Position numbers and translations under genes: made by a program. From Fistulifera solaris (lineage: Eukaryota), in assembly GCA_030295235.1 (NCBI GenBank), contig AP026120.1, positions 1 through 64,000 on the forward strand: a stretch of DNA of 64,000 bases, given 5' to 3'. The notes beneath the pieces are model-generated. The model did not search any database. It saw only the letters and a list, made by a program, of their open reading frames with translations, and was not told the DNA's origin. This document shows, in pieces, positions 22,610 through 37,099 of the stretch. Positions within the stretch are counted from its first letter, which is position 1, and the number at the start of each line of letters is the position of its first letter.

Positions 22610-23215
22610 GTTAAAAAATTTAAGTAATTTAATTTTAGTACTTGTCAGCTAAAAATTTTACAATTCTTACACTTCAAGCCTATCTATGTAATAGTCTTTT
22701 ACATTTATATAAAAACTGATTTTAAGGTTAATTTCTCGCTTAGATGCTTTCAGCGATTATTTATTACGAATTTAGCTACTCGACAGTGCTATTGGTATAA
22801 CAATCGATTCACCAGAGATTCGCTTTCTCCGGTCCTCTCGTACTAGGATTTAGTCCTTTCAGTTTTCAACACCTACGGTAGATAGGGACCAAACTGTCTC
22901 ACGACGTTCTAAACTCAGATCATGTACCGCTTTCATTGGCGAACAGCCAAACCCTTGGAACCACTTACAGCTCCAGGATGCGATAATCCAACATCGAGGT
23001 GCCAAACCATTCCGTCGATAGGGTCTCTAGAGAATGATTAGCCTGTTATCCCCGGCGTACCTTTTATTCATTGAGCGATAACCGTTTCCACTTAGAATTA
23101 TCGGATCACTATAACCGACTTTCGTCCCTGTTTGATTTGTCAATCTTACAGTCAAGCAAGTATATACTATTGCGCTTTAAAATTGGTATATATCAATTTA
23201 AACTTACCTTTGTAT

Positions 23216-23260
<45 letters not shown>

Positions 23261-23429
23261 ATTATACACTGTTTTAAATAAATTAGTAATAAAAAATTTT
23301 AAGAGTGGTATTTCAAAGATCGTTTAAGTAATTTGCTTGCGCAAAGACTCATTTATTCAATAGAAACTATTAAATAAATATCAACTCCCACTTATGCTGC
23401 ACATAAAAATTTTTATGACAATATATAAC

Positions 23430-23462
<33 letters not shown>

Positions 23463-25373
23463 CCGCAGGTACTCCGCATCTTCACGGAAAATTCAATTTC
23501 ACTGAGATTATGTTGGAGACAGTAGGACAGTCGTTACGCCATTCATGCAGGACACCAATTAAATGCCAAGGAATTTCGCTACCTTAGGACCGTCAGAGTT
23601 ACAGCCGCCGTTTACTGGGAGTTAGGATCGAAGCGTAATTACTTCTTTCTTTAATCTTGCAGCACTGGGCAGGCGTCAGTCTCAATACATCTTTTTACAA
23701 ATTAGCAGAGACCTGTGTTTTTAATAAACAGTCGCTGTCCTCGATTCTGTGACAACTTTACAAGGTTGCCCTAATAAAGTTACTCCTTCTTCCGAAGTTA
23801 CGGAGTCATTTTGCCGAGTTCCTTCAACATAATTATCTCAAGCGTCTTAATTTACTAAATTTGTCCACCTGTGTCGGTTTAAGTACGGTTTTTAAAATTT
23901 AAAGCTATTTCTTGAAAATAATATAAAACTTTTATTTTTACCATAAAATAAAAATAATATTTTTATTTTGTCACTATAAATTAATAAAAAAATTTCATTT
24001 TTTACCCATCGATTAGAACTTTCGTTTTTCTCTTAGAGACCGATTAACTTTTACCAAAACGGATTAGCCTTGTTTTGGAAACCTAGGACTTAAGACGACA
24101 ATGTTTCGCACATTGTTTATCGTTACTCATATCAACATTTTCACTCCTGAATTTTCTAAATTATGTTGTCCATAATTTTTCACAAACATACAGGACGTTC
24201 TGCTACCATTAAACAATTTTTTTTGTTTAATCTACGGTTTCGGTAAATAGTTTAAGTCCCTTTACATTTTCAATGCAAAAAAACTCGACCAATAAGCTGT
24301 TACGCTTTCTTTTGAGGCTGGCTGCTTCTAATCCTACCTATCGGTTGTCATCATTCTTTCACATTTTTTTCACTTAACTATTTTTAAGGACCTTAACCTT
24401 TAGTCTGGGCTGTTTTCCCTCTCGACTATAGATCTTAGCATCTATAGTCTGTCTGCTTAAAGTCTTTTAAATTGTATTCGAAGTTTTAATAAACTCAGTA
24501 AGATTTTACTCCCCATTGCTTATCAAGAGCTCTACCCCAAATTAAAGAAATTTTAAACGCTCTACTTAAATAGATTTCGCAGAAAACCAGCTATCTCTAA
24601 GTTTGATTGGCCTTTCACCCCTAACCACAAGTCATCCCAGTATTTTTCCACATACACGGGTTCGGTCCTCCAATAAGTATTACTACTTGAAATTCAACCA
24701 GCTCATGGTTAGATCACTTAGTTTCGGGTCTTATTTTAGAAACTTAAAAACATTTTAAAATTCAATTTCTTTTCGCCTACGTAGATATTTTACTTAAGCT
24801 CGCTACTAAAATAAACTTGTTGATCCATTATACAAAAGGTACGTTGTCACTTTATAAAGCTACAACTGTTTGTTTGCATTAAAATTCATTATCTTTTCAA
24901 TTTTACAAAATCTTTTTCACCTTTCCTTCACAGTACTTTTCACTATCAAACATCAAAAATTTTAGACTTTGAGGGTGGTCCCCCAATATTCAATCAATAC
25001 ACGACTTGTATCAATTTACTTTAATCAAAAGTTAAAATTAAATAGAATTTTACAGGGTTTTTACCTTCTCTGACTTTTTAAAAAATTAAATTCTAAATTA
25101 TAACTTTTTAGTCTAAGTCGCACATTCGCTCTCCACTACTAATGCTATCTCGGTTGATTTCTTTCTTAGTTACTGAGATGATTCAGTTCACTAAGTTGAA
25201 TTATGTTAATTATAAAATTAACACAAGTTTAAATTAAACAAAACTTGGTTTTCCATAATGGGAAATTGTAGTTCTCAGCAAAATATTTTACTCGCTACAA
25301 AATTTTGTTGTTAAACACCCACTTTTATTTTTTTGATGTATAGGAATTCCTTTAATGCATTATAAAACTTTTT
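22610..25373 (-). rRNA. rnl: large subunit rRNA (ends approximate), no intron evident
   Basis: Sarcin-ricin loop AGTACGAGAGGAC; PTC GGATAACAGGCT. Confidence 0.97.
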
Positions 25374-25378
25374 AACTA

Positions 25379-25452
25379 GGCGAATAATAGGATTTGAACC
25401 TATGACCTCTAGAACCACAATCTAGCACTCTAACCAACTGAGTTATACCGCC
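25379..25452 (-). tRNA. trnH: tRNA-His(GUG)
   Basis: TTGTGGT loop, encoded G-1. Confidence 0.93.
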
Positions 25453-25701
25453 AAATTGAATTTGAAAACTTTTTTCAAATTCAACTATCTTAGCTTTATT
25501 TATATTTGGTAAAACGAAATATGAACTTTTCAATGTAACTACAGACTCAAAACCCTCTAATAAAAAAAGTTCTATGAATCTTTATAAAATAAATTCGCAA
25601 AGCTGAACATTTATTTTTGGACAAAAAAAGGTTACAATTCGACAAATTATTATATTTAGCTCTTCATTTTTAGTATTTTTCAATTAATTCTAAGTTTTGT
25701 T

Positions 25702-27734
25702 TTATTTAATACTTTTTTCCTTAGGAGTTGGCTCGTATAGAATAAAAAATGCTGAAACAAAAACTAAAATAAATACTATTCGATCATTAAATAATGAAAA
25801 CTGTACGAATGCCTCTCGGAAACCTAAAAGAAAAGTTACTCCCATTAGAATTAAAAAAGTATAATGGTAAATAAATCCTGTTTGCATCTTATGTAAACTA
25901 GAACCAATTTTTAAAGCAACGCTAGATAAACCGGTAGGACCCAGAATTTCAAAAATACCTCTATCAACAAATTTATAGCTAGTTGAATAACCAAATTTAA
26001 AGAAAAACTGCGCTAAATATTCGTTATAAATTTTATCAAAATACCATTTTCGATTTAAAAAATTATAAATTTTTTTACCAACAAAAGAAGTTTTTAGTTT
26101 GAATAATAAATCTGATCTAAATGAATATAAAAAATAAGCTGATAAAACTCCTAATAAACTTAATTTTACAGGTAAAGTTTTATAAAAGGTTGGTATAAAT
26201 TCAGCGTCAAATAAATTCATATTAACAGCATTAACATAAATAGCGCTTCCAAAAAACGGAGTTCCAACACCTACGATCATATCTTTAGTATAATATCCTA
26301 CTAACATACTAGGTATTGATAAACTAGCCAATGCTATACAAATATTCAAGCCTGAATCAGCGGCATAAGAAATTACTTTTTTATAACCGTTAGGCTTCGA
26401 TAAAAAAAGTTAGATAGGCTAGTCTAGTGGAATAAAAAGCTGTAAAGAAAGCTCCAACAGTTCCTAAAAAATAACTAAAATAACCAGGCAAACTATATTT
26501 ACCATAAGCTACTTCTAAAATTAAATCTTTAGAATAAAAACCGGTTAAAAAAGGAAAACCAATTAATGCTAAAGAACCAATTGTCATCATAGCATAAGTG
26601 AAGGGTAGAAGAGATTTTAAACCACCCATTTTTCGCATATCTTGTTCATCCGCAACAGCATGGATGACTGACCCCGCTCCTAAAAAAAAGCAATGCCTTA
26701 AAAAATGCGTGATTAGATAAATGAAAAAAACCTACTGAATAATTCGATAAACCACATGCAAAAACCATGTAACCTAATTGGCTACAAGTAGAATAAGCTA
26801 TAACACGCTTTAAGTCATTTTGCAATAAACCAGTTGTAGACGCAAAAAATGCAGTAAGTGCACCAACTATAGTAATTATTTCTAAAACATTAGGAATAAA
26901 TTCATATAGAAAAGAACTTCGAACAATTAAGAACACACCTGCAGTAACCATCGTAGCAGCATGAATTAACGCAGATACAGGAGTTGGCCCTTCCATGGCA
27001 TCAGGTAACCAAGTATGTAGACCTAACTGAGCTGACTTACCAACAGCTCCTAAAAATAAGAAAACTCCAATAGCTGTTAATAAATTTACATCTAAATTTA
27101 AAAAATTAATAACTTTATCTTTAAAAAACGGAGTTAGAACAGCAACACTTGCATAATCAATCGACTTATAATTAACGAAAATCAAAAAAATTCCCATTAA
27201 CAAACTAAAATCTCCGATACGATTTATCAACATTGCTTTTATAGCAGCCTTATTCGCTTGAATTCTAGTAAACCAAAAATTAATTAATAAGTATGAGCAC
27301 AAACCAACACCTTCCCAACCAACAAACATTTGCACAAAATTATCAGCTGTTACTAAAATAAGCATAAAGAAAGTGAATAAAGATAAGTAAGACATGAAAC
27401 GAGAAATATGAGGATCATGTGACATATATTCGGTAGAATATAAATGAACCAAAAATGAGATAAAAGTAACAACTACACACATAGAGGCAGTCAAACTATC
27501 GAACATAAAACCCCAATCAATATTTAAAACTTCCGAACTAATCCAAGTAGTTAATTTTATATAAACAAAACAACCTGAAAACGCAACTTCATAAAACACA
27601 AAAAGTGATAATAAAAAAGATAAAAATAAACAACTTGTTGTTATTATAGCAGAACCCCAAGATCCTAAATATCTACCGAATAATCCAGCAAGACAAGAAC
27701 CGATAATAGATAAAAATACTAATAGTAAATACAT
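25702..27734 (-). CDS. nad5: NADH dehydrogenase subunit 5 (frameshifted)
   Basis: [22 protein letters not shown]. Confidence 0.96.
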
Positions 27735-27750
27735 TTTTAATAATTAAACT

Positions 27751-27840
27751 TAGAAAAGGTGGGATTCGAACCCACGATATAGAGAATTTCTATATAGAAA
27801 TTTAGCAGATTTCCGCTATAAACCACTCAGCCACTTTTCC
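27751..27840 (-). tRNA. trnS: tRNA-Ser(GCU)
   Basis: CTGCTAA loop, long variable arm. Confidence 0.93.
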
Positions 27841-27864
27841 GATAAAATAAACATTTCTTTAAAA

Positions 27865-29148
27865 TTAAGACTTATGCCGAACTAATGCTGCCTCAATTTT
27901 ACCAACTACTGGAATAATAACTAAGAAGAACATGAAGTAATAAACAGTAGCTACTTGAGAAACAAGTTTATAAGTATCTGTTACTGGTTTTTGACCAGCA
28001 ATAACTAAAATAACGAAATCAGCAAGGAATAACCAAAAAAAAAATTTAAAAATAGGTCGATATGTTGTATTCCGAATTTCTGATGAATTAATGAAAGGTA
28101 TTAAAAATAGCACAGCAATTGAACCAAACATAGCAATAATTCCTCCGGTTTTATGTGGAATACCTCGTAAAATTGCATAATAAGCTAAAAAATACCACTC
28201 TGGAACAACATGTCGTGGAGTTTCAAAAGGATCAGCTGGAATACAATTATCTGGATGGTTTAACACATTAGGGAAATAGAAAACAAAGGTAGCAAAAAAA
28301 ACTAAAAAACAAGATAAAGCAAATAAATCTTTAGAAGCATAATAAGGATAAAATGGAACATCATCTACTCCAGTATCAGATCCTATAGGACTATTTGAAC
28401 CTACTTTGTGAAGTAATGCTAAATGAATTAAAGTAAATCCAGCAATAAAGAATGGTAGTAAAAAATGAATAACAAAAAATCGATTCAGAGTTGGATTCTT
28501 AATAGTATAACCTCCCCATAACCATTCAACAATAGCACTACCAACAACTGGAATAACAGTAACCATACTTGTAATTACAGTTGCACCCCAAAAACTCATT
28601 TGACCCCATGGTAAAACATAACCGGTGAAAGCAGTTCCCATCATTAAAAAGAATAAAATAACTCCAGAAACCCAAAGCCATTCACGTGGCTCCATATAAG
28701 AACCATAATATAAACCTCTACAAATATGAGAATAAACAACTATAAAAAACATAGAAGCACCATTCGCATGTACGTAACGAATTAACCAACCATTTTTTAT
28801 ATCTCTCATTATATACTCAACACTACTAAACGCTAAATCAACATTTGGAGCGTAGTGCATTGATAAAAAAATACCAGAAACCATTTGAATAACTAGACAA
28901 ATACCAGCTAGAGAACCAAAACTCCAAGCATAAGTTAATGTAATTGGAGTTGGATAATGGATTATATGACTATCGATTAGTGCAAAAAAATATGCTTTAT
29001 TTAACCGTGGTAGATTAACGGGCAACAACGACTTAAGGCTAATTTGAAGTTGTAATAAAAGACTTGACAACGAAAAACTAGGTCGAACTATACCACTTGG
29101 TAGATTAATTAACGGACTTGATGTAATACGATTATGTGAACTATTCAT
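27865..29148 (-). CDS. cob: apocytochrome b with N-terminal extension
   Basis: HANGAS, PWGQMSFWGAT, PEWY. Confidence 0.97.
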   Translation of the reverse strand: MNSSHNRITSSPLINLPSGIVRPSFSLSSLLLQLQISLKSLLPVNLPRLNKAYFFALIDSHIIHYPTPITLTYAWSFGSLAGICLVIQMVSGIFLSMHYAPNVDLAFSSVEYIMRDIKNGWLIRYVHANGASMFFIVVYSHICRGLYYGSYMEPREWLWVSGVILFFLMMGTAFTGYVLPWGQMSFWGATVITSMVTVIPVVGSAIVEWLWGGYTIKNPTLNRFFVIHFLLPFFIAGFTLIHLALLHKVGSNSPIGSDTGVDDVPFYPYYASKDLFALSCFLVFFATFVFYFPNVLNHPDNCIPADPFETPRHVVPEWYFLAYYAILRGIPHKTGGIIAMFGSIAVLFLIPFINSSEIRNTTYRPIFKFFFWLFLADFVILVIAGQKPVTDTYKLVSQVATVYYFMFFLVIIPVVGKIEAALVRHKS

Positions 29149-29151
29149 AAA

Positions 29152-29222
29152 TGTAAGAGATAAGAGTTGAACTTATATTTTCAGGGCATGAGCCTGACTG
29201 GTTACCGTTACCACACCCTTAC
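29152..29222 (-). tRNA. trnM: tRNA-Met(CAU), probably initiator
   Basis: TCAGG-CTCATGC-CCTGA anticodon arm. Confidence 0.85.
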
Positions 29223-29315
29223 AAAGGAAAAAATGCATAGTGAGAATAGGATTATGCCAACAAGAAATTGAAAAAATTCCAAGTATAGCAAAACCTACAA
29301 ACTCAACTATTTAAA

Positions 29316-31007
<1,692 letters not shown>

Positions 31008-31014
31008 TTATTCG

Positions 31015-34000
31015 ATCCTTCTTTTTTTCTCTATAAGGGTTAAATTTTATTTATATTTATGTTCATATTAGTTCTAACTTTGCATTTACTAATTTATTTC
31101 ATTTTTTTAATTTTTATAAAATACTTGATTTTTCTAGATAGCTTTAACAATCTAACAAAGTTTAAGTTCCTTTTATAAATGGTAGTTAATGAAATTTATC
31201 TTTTTTTACCCCCTTTTCAATCCCTACCCTTTCTTTTTCCTCTATAAGGGTTAAATTTTATTTGTATTTTTATTCATCTTAATTTTAGCTTTGCAGAGAT
31301 TAGCTTATCTCATTTTTTTTAATTTACTAAAAGGAAAGTTTAGGTTTTGATTTTTATTAAAATTTTAATCATTTTGGAAATTTTGAATTATGTTTTTCTG
31401 TTTTGACCAATTCTTTTATTTATTTGCATTTTAGTCTATTTTAGGTATTTTCCAATTTTTTGGCCTAATGTTGATTGGTTTTTCTTTTTCTTCTATAAGA
31501 ATTGAATTTTATTTGTATTTTATTCATCTCAATTTTAGCTTTACAATTCTTAGCTTATTTTATTTTTTTAACATGGCGTAGGATAAAACCCACATTTTGA
31601 TTTTTGCCGCGATTTGAGCCTTTAATTTATTGACTCAAATCCTGTAGATTTCATAATTTTTGAATTCTTCTTTTTCCTTATTTTCATTTCCAATTTTGAT
31701 ATATTATTTAGCCAAAAAATTAAATTGAATTATGTTAACTTAATAGAAATAAGCATGAAATTGAAACATAGATGAGAATGTAATGGTTAAATAAAGATGT
31801 AAAAAATTAATACTTTATGCATTTAATATATGTATATTATATATATTTATGTTAATATCCTATGTTTTTATATTAAAGTTATTATATAACAACAGGAACA
31901 ACTTCTAAAATAAGTGTGGGTTATAAATAATTTGATCTTTTCTTCTTAAAACTTTTTTACTCAGTCGTTTCTTTTTTTATAGTATAGGAATATTAAATTT
32001 TAGTCATTTTAATTTTAACTTTACACTTATTATCCTATATAATACCCTTTTTTGTAAATGATTTTATGTATTGGGGATTCTTATGATTTAAACCTCTATA
32101 ATTGATCTAGCTCTAACTTGTTAGCTTCTTTTTGTAGTGTACTTCCCTATATTCCCCCTTTTTCAATTCCTACCCCTTCTTTTTCCTCTATAAGGGTTAA
32201 ATTTTATTTGTATTTTTATTCATCTTAATTTTAGCTTTGCAGAGATTAGCTTATCTCATTTTTTTTAATTTACTAAAAGGAAAGTTTAGATTTTGATTTT
32301 TATTAAAATTTTAATCATTTTAGAAATTTTGAATTATGTTTTTCTGTTTTGACCAATTCTTTTATTCATTTGCATTTTAGTCTATTTTAGGTATTTTCCA
32401 ATTTTTTGGCCTAATGTTGATTGGTTCTTCTTTTTCTTCTATAAGAATTGAATTTTATTTGTATTTTATTCATCTCAATTTTAGCTTTACAATTCTTAGC
32501 TTATTTTATTTTTTAACATGGCGTAGGATAAAACCCACATTTTGATTTTTGCCATGATTTGAGCCTTTAATTTACTGACTCAAATCCTGTAGATTTCATA
32601 AATTTTGAATTCTTTTTTTCCTTATTTTCATTTCCAATTTTGATATATTATTTAGCCAAAAAATTAAATTGAATTATGTTAACTTAATAGAAATAAGCAT
32701 GAAATTGAAACATAGATGAGAATGTAATAATTAAATAAAGATGTAAAAAATTAATACTTTATACATTTAATATATATATATATTTATGTTAATACCCTAT
32801 GTTTTTATATTAAAGTTATTATATAACAATTTTAGTCATTTTAATTTTAACTTTACACTTATTATTCTATATAATACCCTTTTTGGTAAATTACTTTATG
32901 TATTGGGATTCCTATGATTTAAACCTCTAGAATTGATCTAGCTCTAACTTGTTAGCTTCTTTTTGTAGTGTACTCCCTATATTCCCCCTTTTTCAATTCC
33001 TACCCCTTCTTTTTCCTCTATGAGGGTTAAATTTTATTTGTATTTTTATTCATCTTAATTTTAGCTTTGCAGAGATTAGCTTATCTCATTTTTTTTAATT
33101 TACTAAAAGGAAAGTTTAGATTTTGATTTTTATTAAAATTTTAATCATTTTGGAAATTTTGAATTATGTTTTTCTGTTTTGACCAATTCTTTTATTTATT
33201 TGTATTTTAGGCTATTTTATAGGTATTTTCCACTTTTTTTAGCCTAATGCCGATTGGTTCTTCTTTTTCTTCTATAAGGATTGGATTTTATTTGTATTTT
33301 ATTCATCTCAACTTTAGCTTTACAATTCTTAGCTTATTTTCTTTTTTAACATGGCATTTAGGATAAAACCCACATTTTGATTTTTGCCATGATTTGAGCC
33401 TTTAATTTATTGACTCAAATCCTGTAGATTTCATAATTTTTGAATTCTTTTTTTCCTTATTTTCATTTCCAATTTTGATATAGTATTTAGCCAAAAATTA
33501 AATTGAATTATGTTAACTTAATAGAAATAAGCATGAAATTGAAACATAGATGAGAATGTAATAATTAAATAAAGATGTAAAAAATTAATACTTTATGCAT
33601 TTAATATATGTATATTATATATATTTATGTTAATATCCTATGTTTTTATATTAAAGTTATTATATAACAACAGGAACAACTTCTAAAATAAGTGTGGGTT
33701 ATAAATAATTTGATCTTTTCTTCTTAAAACTTTTTTACTCAGTCGTTTCTTTTTTTATAGTATAGGAATATTAAATTTTAGTCATTTTAATTTTAACTTT
33801 ACACTTATTATCCTATATAATACCCTTTTTTGTAAATGATTTTATGTATTGGGATTCTTATGATTTAAACCTCTATAATTGATCTAGCTCTAACTTGTTA
33901 GCTTCTTTTTGTAGTGTACTTCCCTATATTCCCCCTTTTTCAATTCCTACCCCCTTCTTTTTTCCTCTATAAGGGTTAAATTTTATTTGTATTTTTATTC

Positions 34001-34538
34001 ATCTTAATTTTAGCTTTGCAGAGATTAGCTTATCTCATTTTTTAATTTACTAAAAGGAAAGTTTAGATTTTGATTTTTATTAAAATTTTAATCATTTTGG
34101 AAATTTTGAATTATGTTTTTCTGTTTTGACCAATTCTCTTATTTATTTGCGTTTTAGTCTATTTTAGGTATTTTCCACTTTTTTTGGCCTAATGTTGATT
34201 AGTTCTTCTTTTTCTTCTATAAGAATTGAATTTTATTTGTATTTTATTCATTTCAATTTTAGCTTTACAATTCTTAGCTTATCTTATTTTTTAACATGGC
34301 GTAGGATAAAACCCACATTTTGATTTTTGCCGCGATTTGAGCTTTTAATTTATTGACTCAAATCCTGTAGATTTCATAATTTTTGAATTCTTTCTTTTTC
34401 CTTATTTTCATTTCCAATTTTGATAATAGTATTTAGCCAAAAATTAAATTGAATTATGTTAACTTAATAGAAATAAGCATGAAATTGAAACATAGATGAG
34501 AATGTAATGGTTAAATAAAGATGTAGAAAATTAATACT
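31015..34538 (+). repeat. tandem array of ~830-950 bp units (left arm)
   Basis: Unit landmark CCCCTTTT..CAAT.CCTACCC recurs at ~31209, 32155, 32984, 33931. Confidence 0.93.
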
Positions 34539-34632
34539 TATAGGTTAAAATCTAGATGAACAAAGATAAAATTCAACATCTTAAAAAACATATAAAAATT
34601 GATAAATAGTTGAATTTTGAACCTTTGTACAA

Positions 34633-37070
34633 AAGGCTCAAATCATGACAAAAATCAAAATGTGGGTTTTATCCTACGCCATGTTAAAAAATAAGATAAG
34701 CTAAGAATTGTAAAGCTAAAATTGAAATGAATAAAATACAAATAAAATTCAATTCTTATAGAAGAAAAAGAAGAACTAATCAACATTAGGCTAAAAAAGT
34801 GGAAAATACCTAAAATAGACTAAAACGCAAATAAATAAGAGAATTGGTCAAAACAGAAAAACATAATTCAAAATTTCCAAAATGATTAAAATTTTAATAA
34901 AAATCAAAATCTAAACTTTCCTTTTAGTAAATTAAAAAAAATGAGATAAGCTAATCTCTGCAAAGCTAAAATTAAGATGAATAAAAATACAAATAAAATT
35001 TAACCCTTATAGAGGAAAAAGAAGGGGGTAGGAATTGAAAAAGGGGGAATATAGGGAAGTACACTACAAAAAGAAGCTAACAAGTTAGAGCTAGATCAAT
35101 TCTAGAGGTTTAAATCATAGGAATCTCAATACATAAAGTCATTTACCAAAAAGGGTATTATATAGGATAATAAGTGTAAAGTTAAAATTAAAATGACTAA
35201 AATTGTTATATAATAACTTTAATATAAAAACATAGGGTATTAACATAAATATATATATTAAATGTATAAAGTATTAATTTTTTACATCTTTATTTAACCA
35301 TTACATTCTCATCTATGTTTCAATTTCATGCTTATTTTTATTAAGTTAACATAATTCAATTTAATTTTTTGGCTAAATAATATATCAAAATTGGAAATGA
35401 AAATAAGGAAAAGAAGAATTCAAAATTTATGAAATCTACAGGATTTGAGTCAATAAATTAAAGGCTCAAATCATGGCAAAAATCAAAATGTGGGTTTTAG
35501 CCTAATGTCATGTTAAAAAAGAAAATAAGCTAAGAATTGTAAAGCTAAAGTTGAGATGAATAAAATACAAATAAAATCCAATCCTTATAGAAGAAAAAGA
35601 AGAACCAATCGGCATTAGGCCAAAAAAGTGGAAAATACCTAAAATAGACTAAAATGCAAATGAATAAAAGAATTGGTCAAAACAGAAAAACATAATTCAA
35701 AATTTCCAAAATGATTAAAATTTTAATAAAAATCAAAATCTAAACTTTCCTTTTAGTAAATTAAAAAAATGAGATAAGCTAATCTCTGCAAAGCTAAAAT
35801 TAAGATGAATAAAAATACAAATAAAATTTAACCCTTATAGAGGAAAAAGAAGGGGTAGGAATTGAAAAAGGGGGAATCTAAGGAAAAGAGTACACTACAA
35901 AAAGAAGCTAACAAGTTAGAGCTAGATCAATTATAGAGGTTTAAATCATAGGAATCTCAATACATAAAGTCATTTACCAAAAAGGGTATTATATAGGATA
36001 ATAAGTGTAAAGTTAAAATTAAAATGACTAAAATTTAATATTCTTATACTATACAAAAGAAACGACTGAGTAAAAAAGTTTTAAGAAGAAAAGATCAAAT
36101 TATTTATAATCCACACTTATTTTAGAAGTTGTTCCTGTTGTTATATAATAACTTTAATATAAAAACATAGGGTATTAACATAAATATATATATTAAATGT
36201 ATAAAGTATTAATTTTTTACATCTTTATTTAACCATTACATTCTCATCTATGTTTCAATTTCATGCTTATTTTTATTAAGTTAACATAATTCAATTTAAT
36301 TTTTTGGCTAAATAATATATCAAAATTGGAAATGAAAATAAGGAAAAGAAGAATTCAAAATTTATGAAATCTACAGGATTTGAGTCAATAAATTAAAGGC
36401 TCAAATCATGGCAAAAATCAAAATGTGGGTTTTAGCCTAATGCCATGTTAAAAAAGAAAATAAGCTAAGAATTGTAAAGCTAAAGTTGAGATGAATAAAA
36501 TTCAAATAAATAAAAGAATTGGTCAAAACAGAAAAACATAATTCAAAATTTCCAAAATGATTAAAATTTTAATAAAAATCAAAATCTAAACTTTCCTTTT
36601 AGTAAATTAAAAAAAATGAGATAAGCTAATCTCTGCAAAGCTAAAATTAAGATGAATAAAAATACAAATAAAATTTAACCCTTATAGAGGAAAAAGAAGG
36701 GGGTAGGAATTTAAAAAGGGGGAATATAGGGAGTACACTACAAAAAGAAGCTAACAAGTTAGAGCTAGATCAATTATAGAGGTTTAAATCATAGGAATCT
36801 CAATACATAAAGTCATTTACCAAAAAGGGTATTATATAGGATAATAAATGTAAAGTTAAAATTAAAATGACTAAAATTTAATATTTTTATAATATAAAAA
36901 AGAAACGACTGAGTAAAAAAAGTTTTAAGAAGAAAAGATCAAATTATTTATAGCCCACACTTATTTTAGAGTTGTTCCTGTTGTTATATAATAGCTTTAA
37001 TATAAAAACATATGGTATTAACATAAATAAAATATATATATATATATATTAAATGTATAAAGTATTAATT
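34633..37070 (-). repeat. same tandem units in inverted orientation (right arm)
   Basis: Reverse-complement landmark GGGGTAGGAATT.AAAAAGGGGG ends at ~35047, 35874, 36722. Confidence 0.93.
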
Positions 37071-37099
37071 TAGAATTTTATTTAAACAAATCTATTAAA

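Noticed and set aside
22526..22610. Fourth t-element between rnl and rns
   Set aside because: Only a weak AT-rich hairpin; no canonical T-arm plus acceptor stem
22098..23277. Plus-strand ORFs 22098-22316 and 23071-23277
   Set aside because: Antisense to rns and rnl; spurious
1..27734. Many frameshifted genes as pseudogenes, programmed frameshifts or insertional RNA editing
   Set aside because: Breaks fall in homopolymer runs and often differ between the two copies, which fits long-read error. Shared breaks still need short reads to exclude editing.
31015..37070. CRISPR array or transposon
   Set aside because: Units are ~0.9 kb with no short repeat-spacer pattern, and there is no cas or transposase ORF
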